The translations under genes and the position numbers were made by a program. Of a stretch of 53,586 bases of DNA, positions 1 through 9,934 are shown piece by piece. The stretch is from NCBI GenBank assembly GCA_046338525.1, contig JBKDWF010000057.1, positions 1 through 53,586 of the forward strand. Reading direction: 5' to 3'. Under the pieces are notes generated by a model. The model was not told the origin of the DNA. It made no database searches and saw nothing but the letters and a program-made list of their open reading frames with translations. Each line of letters begins with the position of its first letter. Within the stretch, counting starts at the first letter, position 1. The stretch comes from Holosporales bacterium. GTDB lineage: Bacteria; Pseudomonadota; Alphaproteobacteria; JAJTHO01.

Positions 1-1090
1 TAGGACTTACGCGTTAAGCGAAGCGGATAGTGGGTGATTTCAACTGTTTTCGCATATATTCACCGAGCAATTCTCTTTTTAGGCGATAAGCAGTGGTTTT
101 GCACTGCACGGCGAGGCGTTTAAGACATACGAGGACAATCATCGCGCAGGCGATATGGTTACGCTGGGCGCGTTGTCGTCGGCATTGGCATTTTTCAATG
201 CCGGTGAGCTGTTTAAGCTCTCTATGTAACTGCTCAATTTTCCAACGGAGGCCAACAAGCGATTTGACAGCCTCCGCGGAGCCTTGAGAAACATCGTTCG
301 TCACGATGGTATCGAACCGGTCGGTCAAGACCGCGATGCGAAACAGTTTTGTGTTTACCATTCTCCCCATATCTTTCAAGCGTGCATAACGTCCATGCTG
401 CAAATCTTCGGGCGACCATTGCAAAAAATCCACACGTTCATGGCGAAAACCGGTTTTGACCCGGCGGTTGCTTTTCAGCGGGCAGTAAAAAATCTTGCCC
501 AGGTTATGGATGCTGGTCATGAGATCGGTGGTGGCATACCAACTGTCCATCAACACGTATTGAAAGGCCAGTTTCTTGGCGAAAATCGCGTTTTTCAACA
601 TTGCTTCCGCGTGTTGCAGCTTGTTTAGTCCGTCGCCGTCCGGGTCATAAACCCGAAAGTCAATCGGCCACCACTGGCCAGTTTGCCGGTTCACATAAAC
701 GCAGGTAACAACGCCGATCCCTTTGATTACTGATTTGGAATTGACGCTGTATTGCCGATAGGCCAGCTCTATCGCCTTGCTGTAGTTCTTGTCCACAATC
801 GTGTCGTCAAAAACAATGCAAGCATCGTCGCATTGCACAATATCGTCCCGCACATGCTCCCATAAAACCCTCGGCGGTAAAGACTCCTCCCGCATGTACC
901 GATTCAGCGCGTCATGGCCCACATGCTCGCTATGCTCTGCGTAATACGTCTGGGTAAAATTGATCTGACTGAGCAGCAAAAACTGGCTGTAGTCCTTGTA
1001 ATTTACGCTGCGTGCTCGGGACATCGACAAGACCTCTTCTTGCAATGCCCTGTAGCAGCTTCCTTTTCTTTTGTTAACGCGTAAGTCCTA
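1..1090 (-). mobile_element. IS701-family insertion sequence, apparently complete
   Basis: Perfect 17-bp terminal inverted repeats TAGGACTTACGCGTTAA (1-17) and TTAACGCGTAAGTCCTA (1074-1090) flank a single DDE transposase ORF. Confidence 0.9.
14..1045 (-). CDS. IS701-family DDE transposase
   Basis: Motifs IVFDDTIVDK, VLMDSWYA and RWKIEQLHRELKQLTGIEKCQCR..RAQRNH. The likely ATG is at 1024 (MSRARS). Confidence 0.9.
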   Translation of the reverse strand: MQEEVLSMSRARSVNYKDYSQFLLLSQINFTQTYYAEHSEHVGHDALNRYMREESLPPRVLWEHVRDDIVQCDDACIVFDDTIVDKNYSKAIELAYRQYSVNSKSVIKGIGVVTCVYVNRQTGQWWPIDFRVYDPDGDGLNKLQHAEAMLKNAIFAKKLAFQYVLMDSWYATTDLMTSIHNLGKIFYCPLKSNRRVKTGFRHERVDFLQWSPEDLQHGRYARLKDMGRMVNTKLFRIAVLTDRFDTIVTNDVSQGSAEAVKSLVGLRWKIEQLHRELKQLTGIEKCQCRRQRAQRNHIACAMIVLVCLKRLAVQCKTTAYRLKRELLGEYMRKQLKSPTIRFA

Positions 1091-1228
1091 ACCATAAAAT
1101 TCTCCAAGATTGATTAATGTTTTACCTTTATTTTTAAACATTGTCAATTTTTATTTAATGATAATAACAAACGCCCTTTATGTCAGCTTTATTGAAGTTT
1201 TTACCCTAGTGTGCTATGAAAAGCCGGC

Positions 1229-2230
1229 ATGACAAAAACCGCTGTGAAACCAATGCTAAAGAATATCTCTTCTGTTAATAACCACCAAGCCGTGGGCCAG
1301 CGCGTGCTGCGCATTGAGGCCGAGGGTATCCTGAAGCTGTGCTATGCCTTGGACGGGGCGTTTGCCGAGGCGGTAGAGCTGTTTGCCGGGGTGCAGGGCC
1401 GGGTGGTTCTCACCGGGATGGGCAAAAGCGGCCATATTGCCCATAAGATTGCCGCAACCTTGGCCTCTTTGGGGACGCCGTCGTTTTTTTTGCACCCGGC
1501 GGAGGCTGCCCACGGGGATTTAGGGATGCTCACCGACGGGGATGCCGTGCTTGCGTTGTCGGATTCGGGGGAGAGTCCGGAGTTGGCTAGCGTGCTGAAT
1601 TATGCTGCCCGGCGGCAGATTCCCGTGGTGGGCATTACCCGCGCCGCGAAAAGCACCTTGGGGCAGGCGAGCCAGGTGGTGTTGCTGCTTCCGGTGGCGG
1701 AGCCTGCGTGTCCTTTACGTCTAGCCCCCACCACCACGACCACGATGATGCTGGCCTTGGGGGATGCCCTCGCGGTGGCACTGTTGGAGCACCGCGGCTT
1801 TACCGCCGATGATTACCGCGAATTTCACCCCGGTGGTCAGCTTGGACAACGCCTGCGCCGGGTGGTGGAGGTCATGCACAAGGATGCCGACATGCCCGTG
1901 GTGATGCCGCAAACGTCGGTGCAAGACGCGCTGCTGGAGATGACCGCCAAACGCCTTGGCTGCACCGGGGTGGTGGATGCAAATGGTGTCCTGCTGGGGA
2001 TTATTACCGATGGCGATTTGCGGCGGCATCTGGATCGCGATCTGCGTACTCTGAGCGCCGCCGATATAATGAGCCTTAGCCCTAAGACTATTGTTCCTAG
2101 CGCGTTTTTGCAACATGCTTTGGCGACCATGGAGGATGCTAGTATTACCGTTCTTTTCGTGGTGGATGAGGCGGATAAGCCCCTGGGCGTGGTGCACATC
2201 CATGATCTGCTGCGGGCGGGGGTGGCGTAA
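1229..2230 (+). CDS. kdsD: KpsF/GutQ-family arabinose-5-phosphate isomerase (SIS + 2 CBS)
   Basis: TGMGKSGHIAHKIAATLAS, HPAEAAHGDLG, APTTTTT, FHPGG and a C-terminal CBS pair ending HIHDLL; lies upstream of lptC/lptA. Confidence 0.93.
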   Translation: MTKTAVKPMLKNISSVNNHQAVGQRVLRIEAEGILKLCYALDGAFAEAVELFAGVQGRVVLTGMGKSGHIAHKIAATLASLGTPSFFLHPAEAAHGDLGMLTDGDAVLALSDSGESPELASVLNYAARRQIPVVGITRAAKSTLGQASQVVLLLPVAEPACPLRLAPTTTTTMMLALGDALAVALLEHRGFTADDYREFHPGGQLGQRLRRVVEVMHKDADMPVVMPQTSVQDALLEMTAKRLGCTGVVDANGVLLGIITDGDLRRHLDRDLRTLSAADIMSLSPKTIVPSAFLQHALATMEDASITVLFVVDEADKPLGVVHIHDLLRAGVA

Positions 2231-2841
2231 TGGCTGGATTTCCTCCCTCATTGCGGTGTTATTCCGGGGTTGTCCGGGTAGCGCGGTACGGGTTGCCGGC
2301 ACTCGGAGCATTGTTGGTGGGCGTGATTGTGGCCTTTAGTATTATCGCCGATGCGGGGCGCGTTAGCGTGGTTTCCGAAAACAATGCCAGCGTGGTGGGC
2401 CGGGTGTTGATGCCCCGGCTTTACGGCGTGGACAAGCAAAATCGCCCCTTTGTAGTGACGGCGGCCAGCGCGGAAACCGAACCAGGCAGCAACGCGGCAA
2501 CGCCGGATCTCTTGCTTCATGATATTAACGCTGGTTTTAAGCTGGGCAGCCAAGACCCATTGGCTTTAGTAGCCACCCACGGCACCTACAATGGTGATGC
2601 GGGGGAGATTGATCTCGGCGGCAAAGTCGCGGTGCGCAACGGTCAGGGGACTACCCTAGAGGGGGTGAGCGCGGTGGTGGATGTGGATGGCCGCACGGCG
2701 GTTAGCACCGATCCGGTGACAGCAACCACCAAAACCCGGCGGCTGGATGCGGCGGGGGTAGAGATTCTCGATGGCGGAAATCGTGTTGTTTTTAAAGGAA
2801 AAACATCCGTTTCGCCGTTGTCTGTACAAGTGCCTCATTAA
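2230..2841 (+). CDS. lptC: LPS export protein LptC
   Basis: N-terminal TM helix, PRLYGVDKQNRPFVVTAASA motif, beta-rich body, and position between kdsD and lptA. Confidence 0.8.
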   Translation: MAGFPPSLRCYSGVVRVARYGLPALGALLVGVIVAFSIIADAGRVSVVSENNASVVGRVLMPRLYGVDKQNRPFVVTAASAETEPGSNAATPDLLLHDINAGFKLGSQDPLALVATHGTYNGDAGEIDLGGKVAVRNGQGTTLEGVSAVVDVDGRTAVSTDPVTATTKTRRLDAAGVEILDGGNRVVFKGKTSVSPLSVQVPH

Positions 2842-3653
2842 TGCGCATAAGTCTGTTTTTTATCATGATGATATCGGCGTCCGCAGCACTAGCCGAGACA
2901 AGTATCGGCCTCAAAAACGCCGCTGGAGATACTCCGTTTGAGATTGAATCGGCCAGCGGGATTGAATGGCAACCCGAGACCAATGTGGTGCGCGCCAGTG
3001 GTTCGGTACGGGTGCGCTTAGGTGAACATGTATTACAGGCAGATAATATCGTGGCGACTTGGAAAAAAGATACACCAACAGAACAACAGGGCACCGTTTC
3101 AGCGTTGGAGAAACTTACCGCGGAAGGCCATGTGGCGGGTCAAAGTCCCAATGGGAAGGCGGGCGGGGACAACGCTGTTTATGAAGTGGCAGAGGGACTA
3201 TTGACGTTAAAGGGAAATCCAGCTTTTGTAGAGGATGCGAAACAACAACGGTTACAGGCGAGGACACTTGTTTATAATCAAAGCACGAATCGTTTTTTGG
3301 CTCAGCCAAACGCCACCATTGCGACACCCACGGTAAATCTTGACGCTAAGACAATTGAGGCTTTTTTTAAAACAGATGCCAGCAACAAAACAAATTTGGA
3401 ACGGGCTATTGCTAAGGATTCTGTTGTAATACGAACAGCCACGGAGCGGCTTCTGGGCGATGCGGCCACCTATGATGCGGCAACGGGCATTGCTGTCCTT
3501 ACCGGGGCGACCGTGCGCCTTGAGCGAGGAAAGAGCTACCTCATCGGCAACCGCGCCGATATTAACATGAACACCGGCATCAGCACCCTGCACCAAACCG
3601 GGGGCGATGGCCGGGTGCGGGGGCAAATTATCCCGGCGGCGAAGAACCCGTGA
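2841..3653 (+). CDS. lptA: LptA/OstA-family LPS transport periplasmic protein
   Basis: Signal peptide, repeated OstA-like beta segments (ASGSVRV, GDNAVY, GDAATYD) and a C-terminal GRVRG motif. Confidence 0.8.
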   Translation: MRISLFFIMMISASAALAETSIGLKNAAGDTPFEIESASGIEWQPETNVVRASGSVRVRLGEHVLQADNIVATWKKDTPTEQQGTVSALEKLTAEGHVAGQSPNGKAGGDNAVYEVAEGLLTLKGNPAFVEDAKQQRLQARTLVYNQSTNRFLAQPNATIATPTVNLDAKTIEAFFKTDASNKTNLERAIAKDSVVIRTATERLLGDAATYDAATGIAVLTGATVRLERGKSYLIGNRADINMNTGISTLHQTGGDGRVRGQIIPAAKNP

Positions 3654-3659
3654 GGTGCC

Positions 3660-3902
3660 TTACGCCGCCCAGCGGGCCGGCGCGGCATTAACAACATACC
3701 GCTCAATATGCTCCAAAACGCCGTTGGCGTATACCGGAAAACGCTTGCTGATGTCATAGCTAAGCAACGCCCTAGCCGCGTTTATCCGTGCTTGGTCGCC
3801 ATGAGTTAAGGCGCGTTGTAATTCTTCAATGTTCATTTTAATTAAAGAATCACTGAGAGCGGCTTCGACAGAGCCAGTAGTGGGCGGTTTACGAAAAAAC
3901 AT
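3660..3902 (-). CDS. Hypothetical protein, 80 aa
   Basis: ATG with a strong RBS (CAGGAGG); fills the gap convergent with lptA; no family recognised. Confidence 0.6.
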   Translation of the reverse strand: MFFRKPPTTGSVEAALSDSLIKMNIEELQRALTHGDQARINAARALLSYDISKRFPVYANGVLEHIERYVVNAAPARWAA

Positions 3903-3977
3903 AGATGCCTCCTGTTAAGAGACTTTTACATAAAATAGAGTATTTTGCTGTGATGTGCACCACGGTGTTGGTTTTAT

Positions 3978-4021
3978 TGAAGTGCTCGGTCTGCCCCCCC
4001 TTCCCCGCTTGCGAGAGAAGA
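3978..4021. repeat. Degenerate copy of the REP-like element found at the window end
   Basis: TGAAGTGCTCGGT at 3978-3990 is identical to 53417-53429 and is followed by a similar C-rich/G-rich hairpin remnant. Confidence 0.55.
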
Positions 4022-4132
4022 GGCGTTGTTGCACAAGTTTTAAGCCGCCTCTAGCCTAGGCGGAAATTGTTGTAAAAATGCCGCAAAAATTCATTTTTGT
4101 TATCAAATGCTTGCGAATTATGCAACAACGCC
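4022..4132. mobile_element. MITE-like element of 111 bp
   Basis: Terminal inverted repeats GGCGTTGTTGCACAA and TTATGCAACAACGCC (14/15 match), non-coding interior, no clear target duplication. Confidence 0.5.
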
Positions 4133-4171
4133 GTATTAATAGAGGTAGCCCCTTAATAGAGGGGTGCCCTG

Positions 4172-5980
4172 CTAACACCGCACCTTTACATAGCGCCCGG
4201 GGGCATCCTCAAGCTTCTTTCCCTTGGGCTCAGCAATACCCCTAGCCGGAACGTTTCCTTCCAAGAAAGGCGTTAGCCATGCCCGCCATTCTGGCCACCA
4301 AGAACCTTCAACCCGATTTGCTTTTGCAAGCCACGCATCGGCATCTGCTGGCAGTGTCTTATGCTCGGTAATCCAGTGGTGGTATTTCTGGTTGGCAGGC
4401 GGATTAACAACCCCGGCTATATGCCCCGATGCAGCCAAACAAAATGTTACATCCCCATCCAAAAGCCGCGCCCCAACATAAGTGGACTTCCAGGGAGCAA
4501 TATGATCCTCCGCAGTAGAGAGAAAAAAGCTTGGTGTTTTAATACTATGAATATCAATACCTACGCCGTTCAATATCACACCATCTTTTTGCACAAGTTT
4601 GTTATGTTGATACATATTGCGCAGATAAAAGCTGTGCATCGCCGCCGGCATACGGGTAGAATCAGCATTCCAGTACAACAAATCAAAGGGAAAAGGTTCC
4701 TTCCCCAGTAAATAATTGTTTACTACAAACGACCAAATCAAATCGTTAGATCGCAACATGTTAAACGTCGTAGCCATCTCAGCACCGTCCAAGTAACCCT
4801 TCTTACTCATCCGATCTTCCAATGCCTTAATCTGCGATTCATCAATAAAAACAGATAACTCGCCAGCTTCAGTAAAATCCAGCATGGTGGTAAAAAACGT
4901 TGCCGAAGCCACTTGGTTGGCTTTTTTCTTGGCCGTTAACCACGCCAACACGCACGCCAGCAAGGTTCCACCCAAACAATATCCAACGATATTAACCTTC
5001 TCAACGCCGGAAAATTCTTTAACTTTTTCCAATGCTGTCAATGCTCCAAGATTCATATAATCTTCAAATGTTTTGCCGGCATCGTCAGCATCAGGGTTAA
5101 CCCAAGAGACCATATAGACAGTCAACCCTTGGTCCACTGCCCATTTGACAAAAGAATTCTTTTCGCGCAAATCGAGGATATAATATTTATTAATCCACGG
5201 TGGCAAGATAAGCAGTGGAATTTTCCCCACCTCTTTTGTCGTTGGTTCATATTGAATAAGCTGAATTAAGTCATTTTCAAAAACGATTTTCCCCGGCGTA
5301 ACGGCCAAGTTTTCCCCGACTTCAAACTGATTCACATCGGTCATGGAGATTTTCAAACTACCCTTGCCGCGCTCTAGATCACTAATAAAGTTTTCTAGTC
5401 CTGCCACAAGATTCTCCCCGCCACTTTCAAAAGTGGCTCTCAGGACTTCAGGGTTAGTATATAAAAAATTCGTCGGGGCTAAAGCATCCACCAACTGGCG
5501 AGTATAAAAATCAACTTTTTGCGCTGTCTTGGCATCCAGTCCTTCAGTATTGCGCACAAGATCAAGAAGCCATTGCGCGGACAATAAATACGACTGCTTA
5601 ATAAAATCAAATAACGGACTGTCGTTCCAAGCCGCATCCTTAAAACGTTTGTCGCCTTTGGCGGCTTCCACCACTGGGGTTAGATCAGCCTCGCCCAAAA
5701 AACGCTGCGTTGTGTGGCCAAGCAAGGTAATATATTGTTGCCACCAATTTAACTGAGCCTGCACCAACCGCGTGGGATCACTCCACATATGCGTTGTTAA
5801 ATCAACAAAAGCACCCCCAACATTAAGCGGATCGGCCATCCCAAGGCCGCCTTGTTGTTCTGTTTGCTGGCGTTCCAGCACTTGTTGCATAATCTTTTGA
5901 CCACGCAGGGCAATATCCGCCATTTTGCGAGATAACACTACCGGATCGGGGGTTCTCGAACTAGAGACATCATCACTCAT
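4172..5980 (-). CDS. phaC: Class I poly(R)-hydroxyalkanoate synthase
   Basis: DKRF, PPWINKYYILDL, lipase box GYCLGG, WNADSTRMP, DHIAPW, SGHIAGV and C-terminal APGRYV. ATG 5980 was chosen on RBS spacing; the track uses TTG 5989. Confidence 0.95.
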   Translation of the reverse strand: MSDDVSSSRTPDPVVLSRKMADIALRGQKIMQQVLERQQTEQQGGLGMADPLNVGGAFVDLTTHMWSDPTRLVQAQLNWWQQYITLLGHTTQRFLGEADLTPVVEAAKGDKRFKDAAWNDSPLFDFIKQSYLLSAQWLLDLVRNTEGLDAKTAQKVDFYTRQLVDALAPTNFLYTNPEVLRATFESGGENLVAGLENFISDLERGKGSLKISMTDVNQFEVGENLAVTPGKIVFENDLIQLIQYEPTTKEVGKIPLLILPPWINKYYILDLREKNSFVKWAVDQGLTVYMVSWVNPDADDAGKTFEDYMNLGALTALEKVKEFSGVEKVNIVGYCLGGTLLACVLAWLTAKKKANQVASATFFTTMLDFTEAGELSVFIDESQIKALEDRMSKKGYLDGAEMATTFNMLRSNDLIWSFVVNNYLLGKEPFPFDLLYWNADSTRMPAAMHSFYLRNMYQHNKLVQKDGVILNGVGIDIHSIKTPSFFLSTAEDHIAPWKSTYVGARLLDGDVTFCLAASGHIAGVVNPPANQKYHHWITEHKTLPADADAWLAKANRVEGSWWPEWRAWLTPFLEGNVPARGIAEPKGKKLEDAPGRYVKVRC

Positions 5981-6050
5981 AAAAGGCAATCCTTTACGTT
6001 TAAGGCGTTATGAAGCACAAGCATGAAAAAATCTTAAAGACGGCACAGCT

Positions 6051-6065
6051 TTAATGATTTGTTAA
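6051..6065. promoter_or_regulatory. CtrA-like box (TTAA-N7-TTAA) in the divergent phaC / lipoprotein gap
   Basis: TTAA-TGATTTG-TTAA; the context is AT-rich, so a chance match is possible. Confidence 0.4.
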
Positions 6066-6124
6066 TCTTCCTACTGTCTCATCGTTCATAATACAACCTT
6101 AAAAAGTATCTTGCGACATTAACC

Positions 6125-7684
6125 ATGCCGACCACTGATACCCTTATCAAAACAAAAGTCTTGCTGGCTTTATTTTTGGCTTTCAGCGGTTGCGCCAATG
6201 CCAAAAATGATTCTTTGGCTTGGTTCGGTGGCGAGCAGAAAACAGCACAAACAGAACAAAAAAAACTTTCCCAAGACCCCCCGATTGCCCGCATTCAAAC
6301 CGTCGCCGATCCGCTCCAGCACCAGCGGCCTGATAATAATCTCCAATCCTTAGCCATGGCCGTGGAAGCGCAAACCGTCGGCTGGTATGATCGCAGCCGG
6401 GGTCAGCGCACCCTTTTTGGCGAAAACACCACCGCCCAGATTCCGCAAACCTTCCTCACCCCAGCCCCCACCGTTATACAACCACCCATCAGCCCGGCTA
6501 CCGCTGCCCTGCGCTTGCCGGACAGCTCGGTTTCTCCTGAACAACAACAGCTCATGGAGAGCTTCCACAACGCAGGCCGCCGTTTTTCCCAAGCCGCCCA
6601 GCAACAACCTCAACAACAAGTCCAGCAACAAGCATGGCAGAATCAAAGGCAAACCTACACCCAGCAACCTTTACAAGGAATGCAGATACAACAACCACAA
6701 CAAGCCTTTCCACAACGTGGCGCGCTACCCGCCGACACCGCCAACATCCGCCGCAGCGATGACCAAAACCAATATGTAGGCAACGCTTCTGTTAATGGCC
6801 TCGACCCGATTACTGCTTTGCGTCAGGCAACACAGTCTGCCGCTGCCGAACCCATGCGTCTTGCCGGGCAAACCGGGATGGAAAACGTGGTGAGCTATCT
6901 AGAGCGCAGCAGCCGACAGCAAGCCATCGCCGAACGCCCTGTTCTACAAGCTTCCGCTCCTGTAGCGGCTCAGCCCATTTTAAGCCCGGCTCCGACACCG
7001 TCCTTGAAAAAAGCCATCACCGTTAAGGCCACTAAACCTACCGTTGCCGCTACTGCACAGGCCGATGTCCGCAACGTTACCCCAAGAGCCGCCGTCTTGG
7101 CTAAAGCCCTGCCCCCCGCCGAGGACAGCGCTATACCAGAACAGCCCCAACCCACGATTGCCAATGCTACGGTTGCCAATACCACGATTGCCAATGCTAC
7201 GGTTGCCAATACCACGATTGCCGATGCTACGATTGCCAATCCCACAATTGCTAGAGCCATGCCTACCGATACCCAAGCGGCTAGCCATGCCACACGCACC
7301 GCGCCGTTATCGGCGAAAACTACACAAGAACCTATGGCCAACAAAATTGTGGATATTGCCACTTTGTATTTTGAGGGTGCCGCCAGTAATTTCAACACAG
7401 AAGATCGCAACGTTCTTGACCAAGTTGCCGAACTGCACCGCCAGCACGGCGGCGTGGTGCAAATCGCCGGCTTTGCCACCCCCTATGCACGGGACGGCAA
7501 CCGCCGCAAGGCCGATGACACCAACGCCATTGCCCGCAACCACGCCACCGCCACCGCCAACGCCCTCATGGATAGAGGAATCCCCCTCGCGGCCCTCAGC
7601 GTGCGCGGCCAGCCCGAAACCCTCAACAACCCCGCCACGGCCGGGCGGGATGCGACGAGGATAGAGATTCAGTTTAAGTATTAA
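6125..7684 (+). CDS. Lipoprotein with long Q/P/A/T-rich linker and C-terminal OmpA-like domain
   Basis: Lipobox LAFSGC, low-complexity middle, and C-terminal TLYF...VLDQVA...VQIAGFA...RIEI pattern. Confidence 0.7.
   Translation: MPTTDTLIKTKVLLALFLAFSGCANAKNDSLAWFGGEQKTAQTEQKKLSQDPPIARIQTVADPLQHQRPDNNLQSLAMAVEAQTVGWYDRSRGQRTLFGENTTAQIPQTFLTPAPTVIQPPISPATAALRLPDSSVSPEQQQLMESFHNAGRRFSQAAQQQPQQQVQQQAWQNQRQTYTQQPLQGMQIQQPQQAFPQRGALPADTANIRRSDDQNQYVGNASVNGLDPITALRQATQSAAAEPMRLAGQTGMENVVSYLERSSRQQAIAERPVLQASAPVAAQPILSPAPTPSLKKAITVKATKPTVAATAQADVRNVTPRAAVLAKALPPAEDSAIPEQPQPTIANATVANTTIANATVANTTIADATIANPTIARAMPTDTQAASHATRTAPLSAKTTQEPMANKIVDIATLYFEGAASNFNTEDRNVLDQVAELHRQHGGVVQIAGFATPYARDGNRRKADDTNAIARNHATATANALMDRGIPLAALSVRGQPETLNNPATAGRDATRIEIQFKY
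7154..7252 (+). repeat. In-frame 15-bp tandem repeat, about 6.6 units, encoding T[IV]A[ND][ATP]
   Basis: ACGATTGCCAATGCT and ACGGTTGCCAATACC alternate; 7154-7183 and 7184-7213 are an exact 30-bp duplication. Confidence 0.9.
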
Positions 7685-7704
7685 CCCCCCCGTAAGAGAG
7701 CGGG

Positions 7705-8910
7705 TTACACCCCCAACAACAACCTTCCCGGATCCTCCATCGCTTCCTTAACCCGCACAAGGAACGTCACGGCTTCCTTGCCGTCAATGATGCGGTGATC
7801 ATAGGACAGGGCGATGTACATCATGGGGCGGGCGACGACCTGACCCTTGATGACCACGGGGCGATCCTGGATTTTGTGCAGGCCCAAAATGCCCGATTGT
7901 GGCGGGTTGATGATGGGCGTGGACATGAGGGAGCCGTACACCCCGCCGTTGGTAATGGTGAACGTGCCGCCTTGGAGATCGGCAATGGCCAGCTTACCAG
8001 TACGCGCCTTAACAGCGAGATCGCCGATGCCCTTTTCCACCCCGGCAAGGGAAAGGCTGTCAGCCCCGCGCAGGACAGGAACCACCAACCCGGCGTCGGT
8101 GCCGACGGCAACGCCAATATCGTAGTAGTTCTTGTAGATAATCTCATCCTTGGCGATTTCGGCGTTGACCGCTGGAATCTCCTGCAACGCCTGCACCACA
8201 GCCTTGACGAAAAAGCCCATGAAGCCGAGCTTGACGTTGTGGCGTTTTTCAAAGTCATCTTTATAACGACTGCGCAACTCCATCACTGCGCTCATATCGA
8301 TCTCATTGAACGTAGTGAGCATAGCAGCGGTATTCTGAGCCTCTTTCAGGCGTTCGGCAATACGCTGGCGCAGGCGGGACATCTTTACTCGCTCTTCCCG
8401 CGGAGCATTAGCAACACTGGTGTAAGCAGGAACTGGCGCAGCAGCCGGTGCAACAACGGCGTTTAAAACATCTTCCTTGAGCACGCGGCCATCTTTGCCC
8501 GTGCCGGTGATGCTCGCCACGGGAAGGGCTTTTTCTGCCGCCAGTTTTTGTGCAGCAGGCATCAGAACAGGAGACTGAGCCGCAGCAGGAGTAGAAGCAG
8601 CGGCTTGTTTTACAAGAGCTGCACTAGGCACTGCGGCAGGGGCAGAAACATGAGGCACCGCTGGGGCGACTCCCTCCGTAATAGAACCAATGACCGCACC
8701 AATAGGCACGGCTTTTCCCTCGGCAATTAAGTCAGTACCCAGCACCCCACTGGCAGGAGCATAGACTTCCTGCGTCACTTTGTCGGTTTCAAGTTCCACC
8801 ACTGGCTCATCGACTTTAACAGCCTCACCCGGTTTTTTCAGCCAACGCGCAATAGTTGCCTCGGTAACCGATTCACCCAAGGCGGGAACTTTAATAGCAA
8901 CGGAAGACAT
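7705..8910 (-). CDS. sucB: 2-oxoglutarate dehydrogenase E2, dihydrolipoyllysine succinyltransferase
   Basis: Lipoyl domain ETDKV, E3-binding [13 protein letters not shown] and catalytic SYDHRIIDG. Confidence 0.96.
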   Translation of the reverse strand: MSSVAIKVPALGESVTEATIARWLKKPGEAVKVDEPVVELETDKVTQEVYAPASGVLGTDLIAEGKAVPIGAVIGSITEGVAPAVPHVSAPAAVPSAALVKQAAASTPAAAQSPVLMPAAQKLAAEKALPVASITGTGKDGRVLKEDVLNAVVAPAAAPVPAYTSVANAPREERVKMSRLRQRIAERLKEAQNTAAMLTTFNEIDMSAVMELRSRYKDDFEKRHNVKLGFMGFFVKAVVQALQEIPAVNAEIAKDEIIYKNYYDIGVAVGTDAGLVVPVLRGADSLSLAGVEKGIGDLAVKARTGKLAIADLQGGTFTITNGGVYGSLMSTPIINPPQSGILGLHKIQDRPVVIKGQVVARPMMYIALSYDHRIIDGKEAVTFLVRVKEAMEDPGRLLLGV

Positions 8911-9008
8911 GCAATCACCTGTATATTATAAAACGTGGCAAATTGTACTACGCGAATGAATCAATACTAGAAAAAAATCGACTCTCGCGCAAAGAGAGAA
9001 TTTTTTCG

Positions 9009-9863
9009 CTAAACCACAATTCCCCGAATAAACTCCGGCAAGGCAAACGCGCCTTGGTGAACATCGAGGTTGTAGTATTGTGTGGTCAGCCCCAGTGCCT
9101 GCCAAGCATTCCGCCGGGTCTGAGTTATGGTACCGGTGGTGCCATCTTTAGCCGCCCAGCCCATAGCCATGAAGCCGCCATAGTACGTGGGAATAGTAGC
9201 CACATAACAACTACCATACTGAAATAGCTTGCGAAACTTAGCAATAGAGCCTTTCAATTCATCGGCCTGAAAAAACGGCACGCCGTTCTGGGTTACCATA
9301 ATACCTCCGGGATTTAAAGCAGCGGCACAATCGCGATAAAATTCTTCGGTAAACAATACTTCCCCTGGCCCTTGAGGATCGGTAGAATCAACAATTATCA
9401 CATCAAACTTATCTTTATTTTCCTTAACATAGCGACAGCCATCGGCAAAGATGACCTCGCCTTTTTTATTGTCAAAAGCCCCGGCACTAATGCTGGGCAT
9501 GTACTTCGCGCACATATCCACCACAGTAGGGTCAATCTCCACCATAACCGCCCGGCGCACGGGGTGGCGCAGGACTTCGCGCAGAATCCCGCCGTCGCCA
9601 CCGCCGATAATAAGAATATCCTGAGGATTTTGATGACTGATCAGGGGAACATGGGTCATCATCTCATGGTAAACAAATTCATCACGCTGAGTAACTTGAA
9701 TAACGCCATCAAGGGCAAGCACCCTGCCCAACACGGCATTTTCAAAAATGACCACATGCTGAAATTCGCTTTTTTCCTCAAAAATCACCTTATCAATGCG
9801 AAATCGTTGTCCCAATTCGGGGTACAGGGTCTCATGGTACCAAGCGGGTCCGGCAGCGTTCAT
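9009..9863 (-). CDS. speE: Polyamine aminopropyltransferase (spermidine synthase)
   Basis: LALDGVIQ, DEFVYHEM, IIGGGDGG, VEID and DSTDPQGPG; ATG 9863 is likely. Confidence 0.95.
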   Translation of the reverse strand: MNAAGPAWYHETLYPELGQRFRIDKVIFEEKSEFQHVVIFENAVLGRVLALDGVIQVTQRDEFVYHEMMTHVPLISHQNPQDILIIGGGDGGILREVLRHPVRRAVMVEIDPTVVDMCAKYMPSISAGAFDNKKGEVIFADGCRYVKENKDKFDVIIVDSTDPQGPGEVLFTEEFYRDCAAALNPGGIMVTQNGVPFFQADELKGSIAKFRKLFQYGSCYVATIPTYYGGFMAMGWAAKDGTTGTITQTRRNAWQALGLTTQYYNLDVHQGAFALPEFIRGIVV

Positions 9864-9934
9864 GCAAACATATCCTTTTCCTAAGCGTGGCATCGTGCTA
9901 AAGCCTTTACACCAAAGTGCAACAGAATTTATCT

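Noticed and set aside
3923-3950. dif-like site (TTATGTAAAAG on the minus strand resembles a XerD arm)
   Set aside because: No XerC-type arm ending in ATAA at the 6-bp spacing; more likely AT-rich promoter sequence.
4144-4170. Rho-independent terminator for phaC
   Set aside because: Only a short CCCCT/AGGGG stem without a clear U-tract; too weak to call.
7154-7252. Tandem repeats as a CRISPR array
   Set aside because: The units are 15 bp, contiguous, without spacers, in frame within a CDS, and there are no cas genes.
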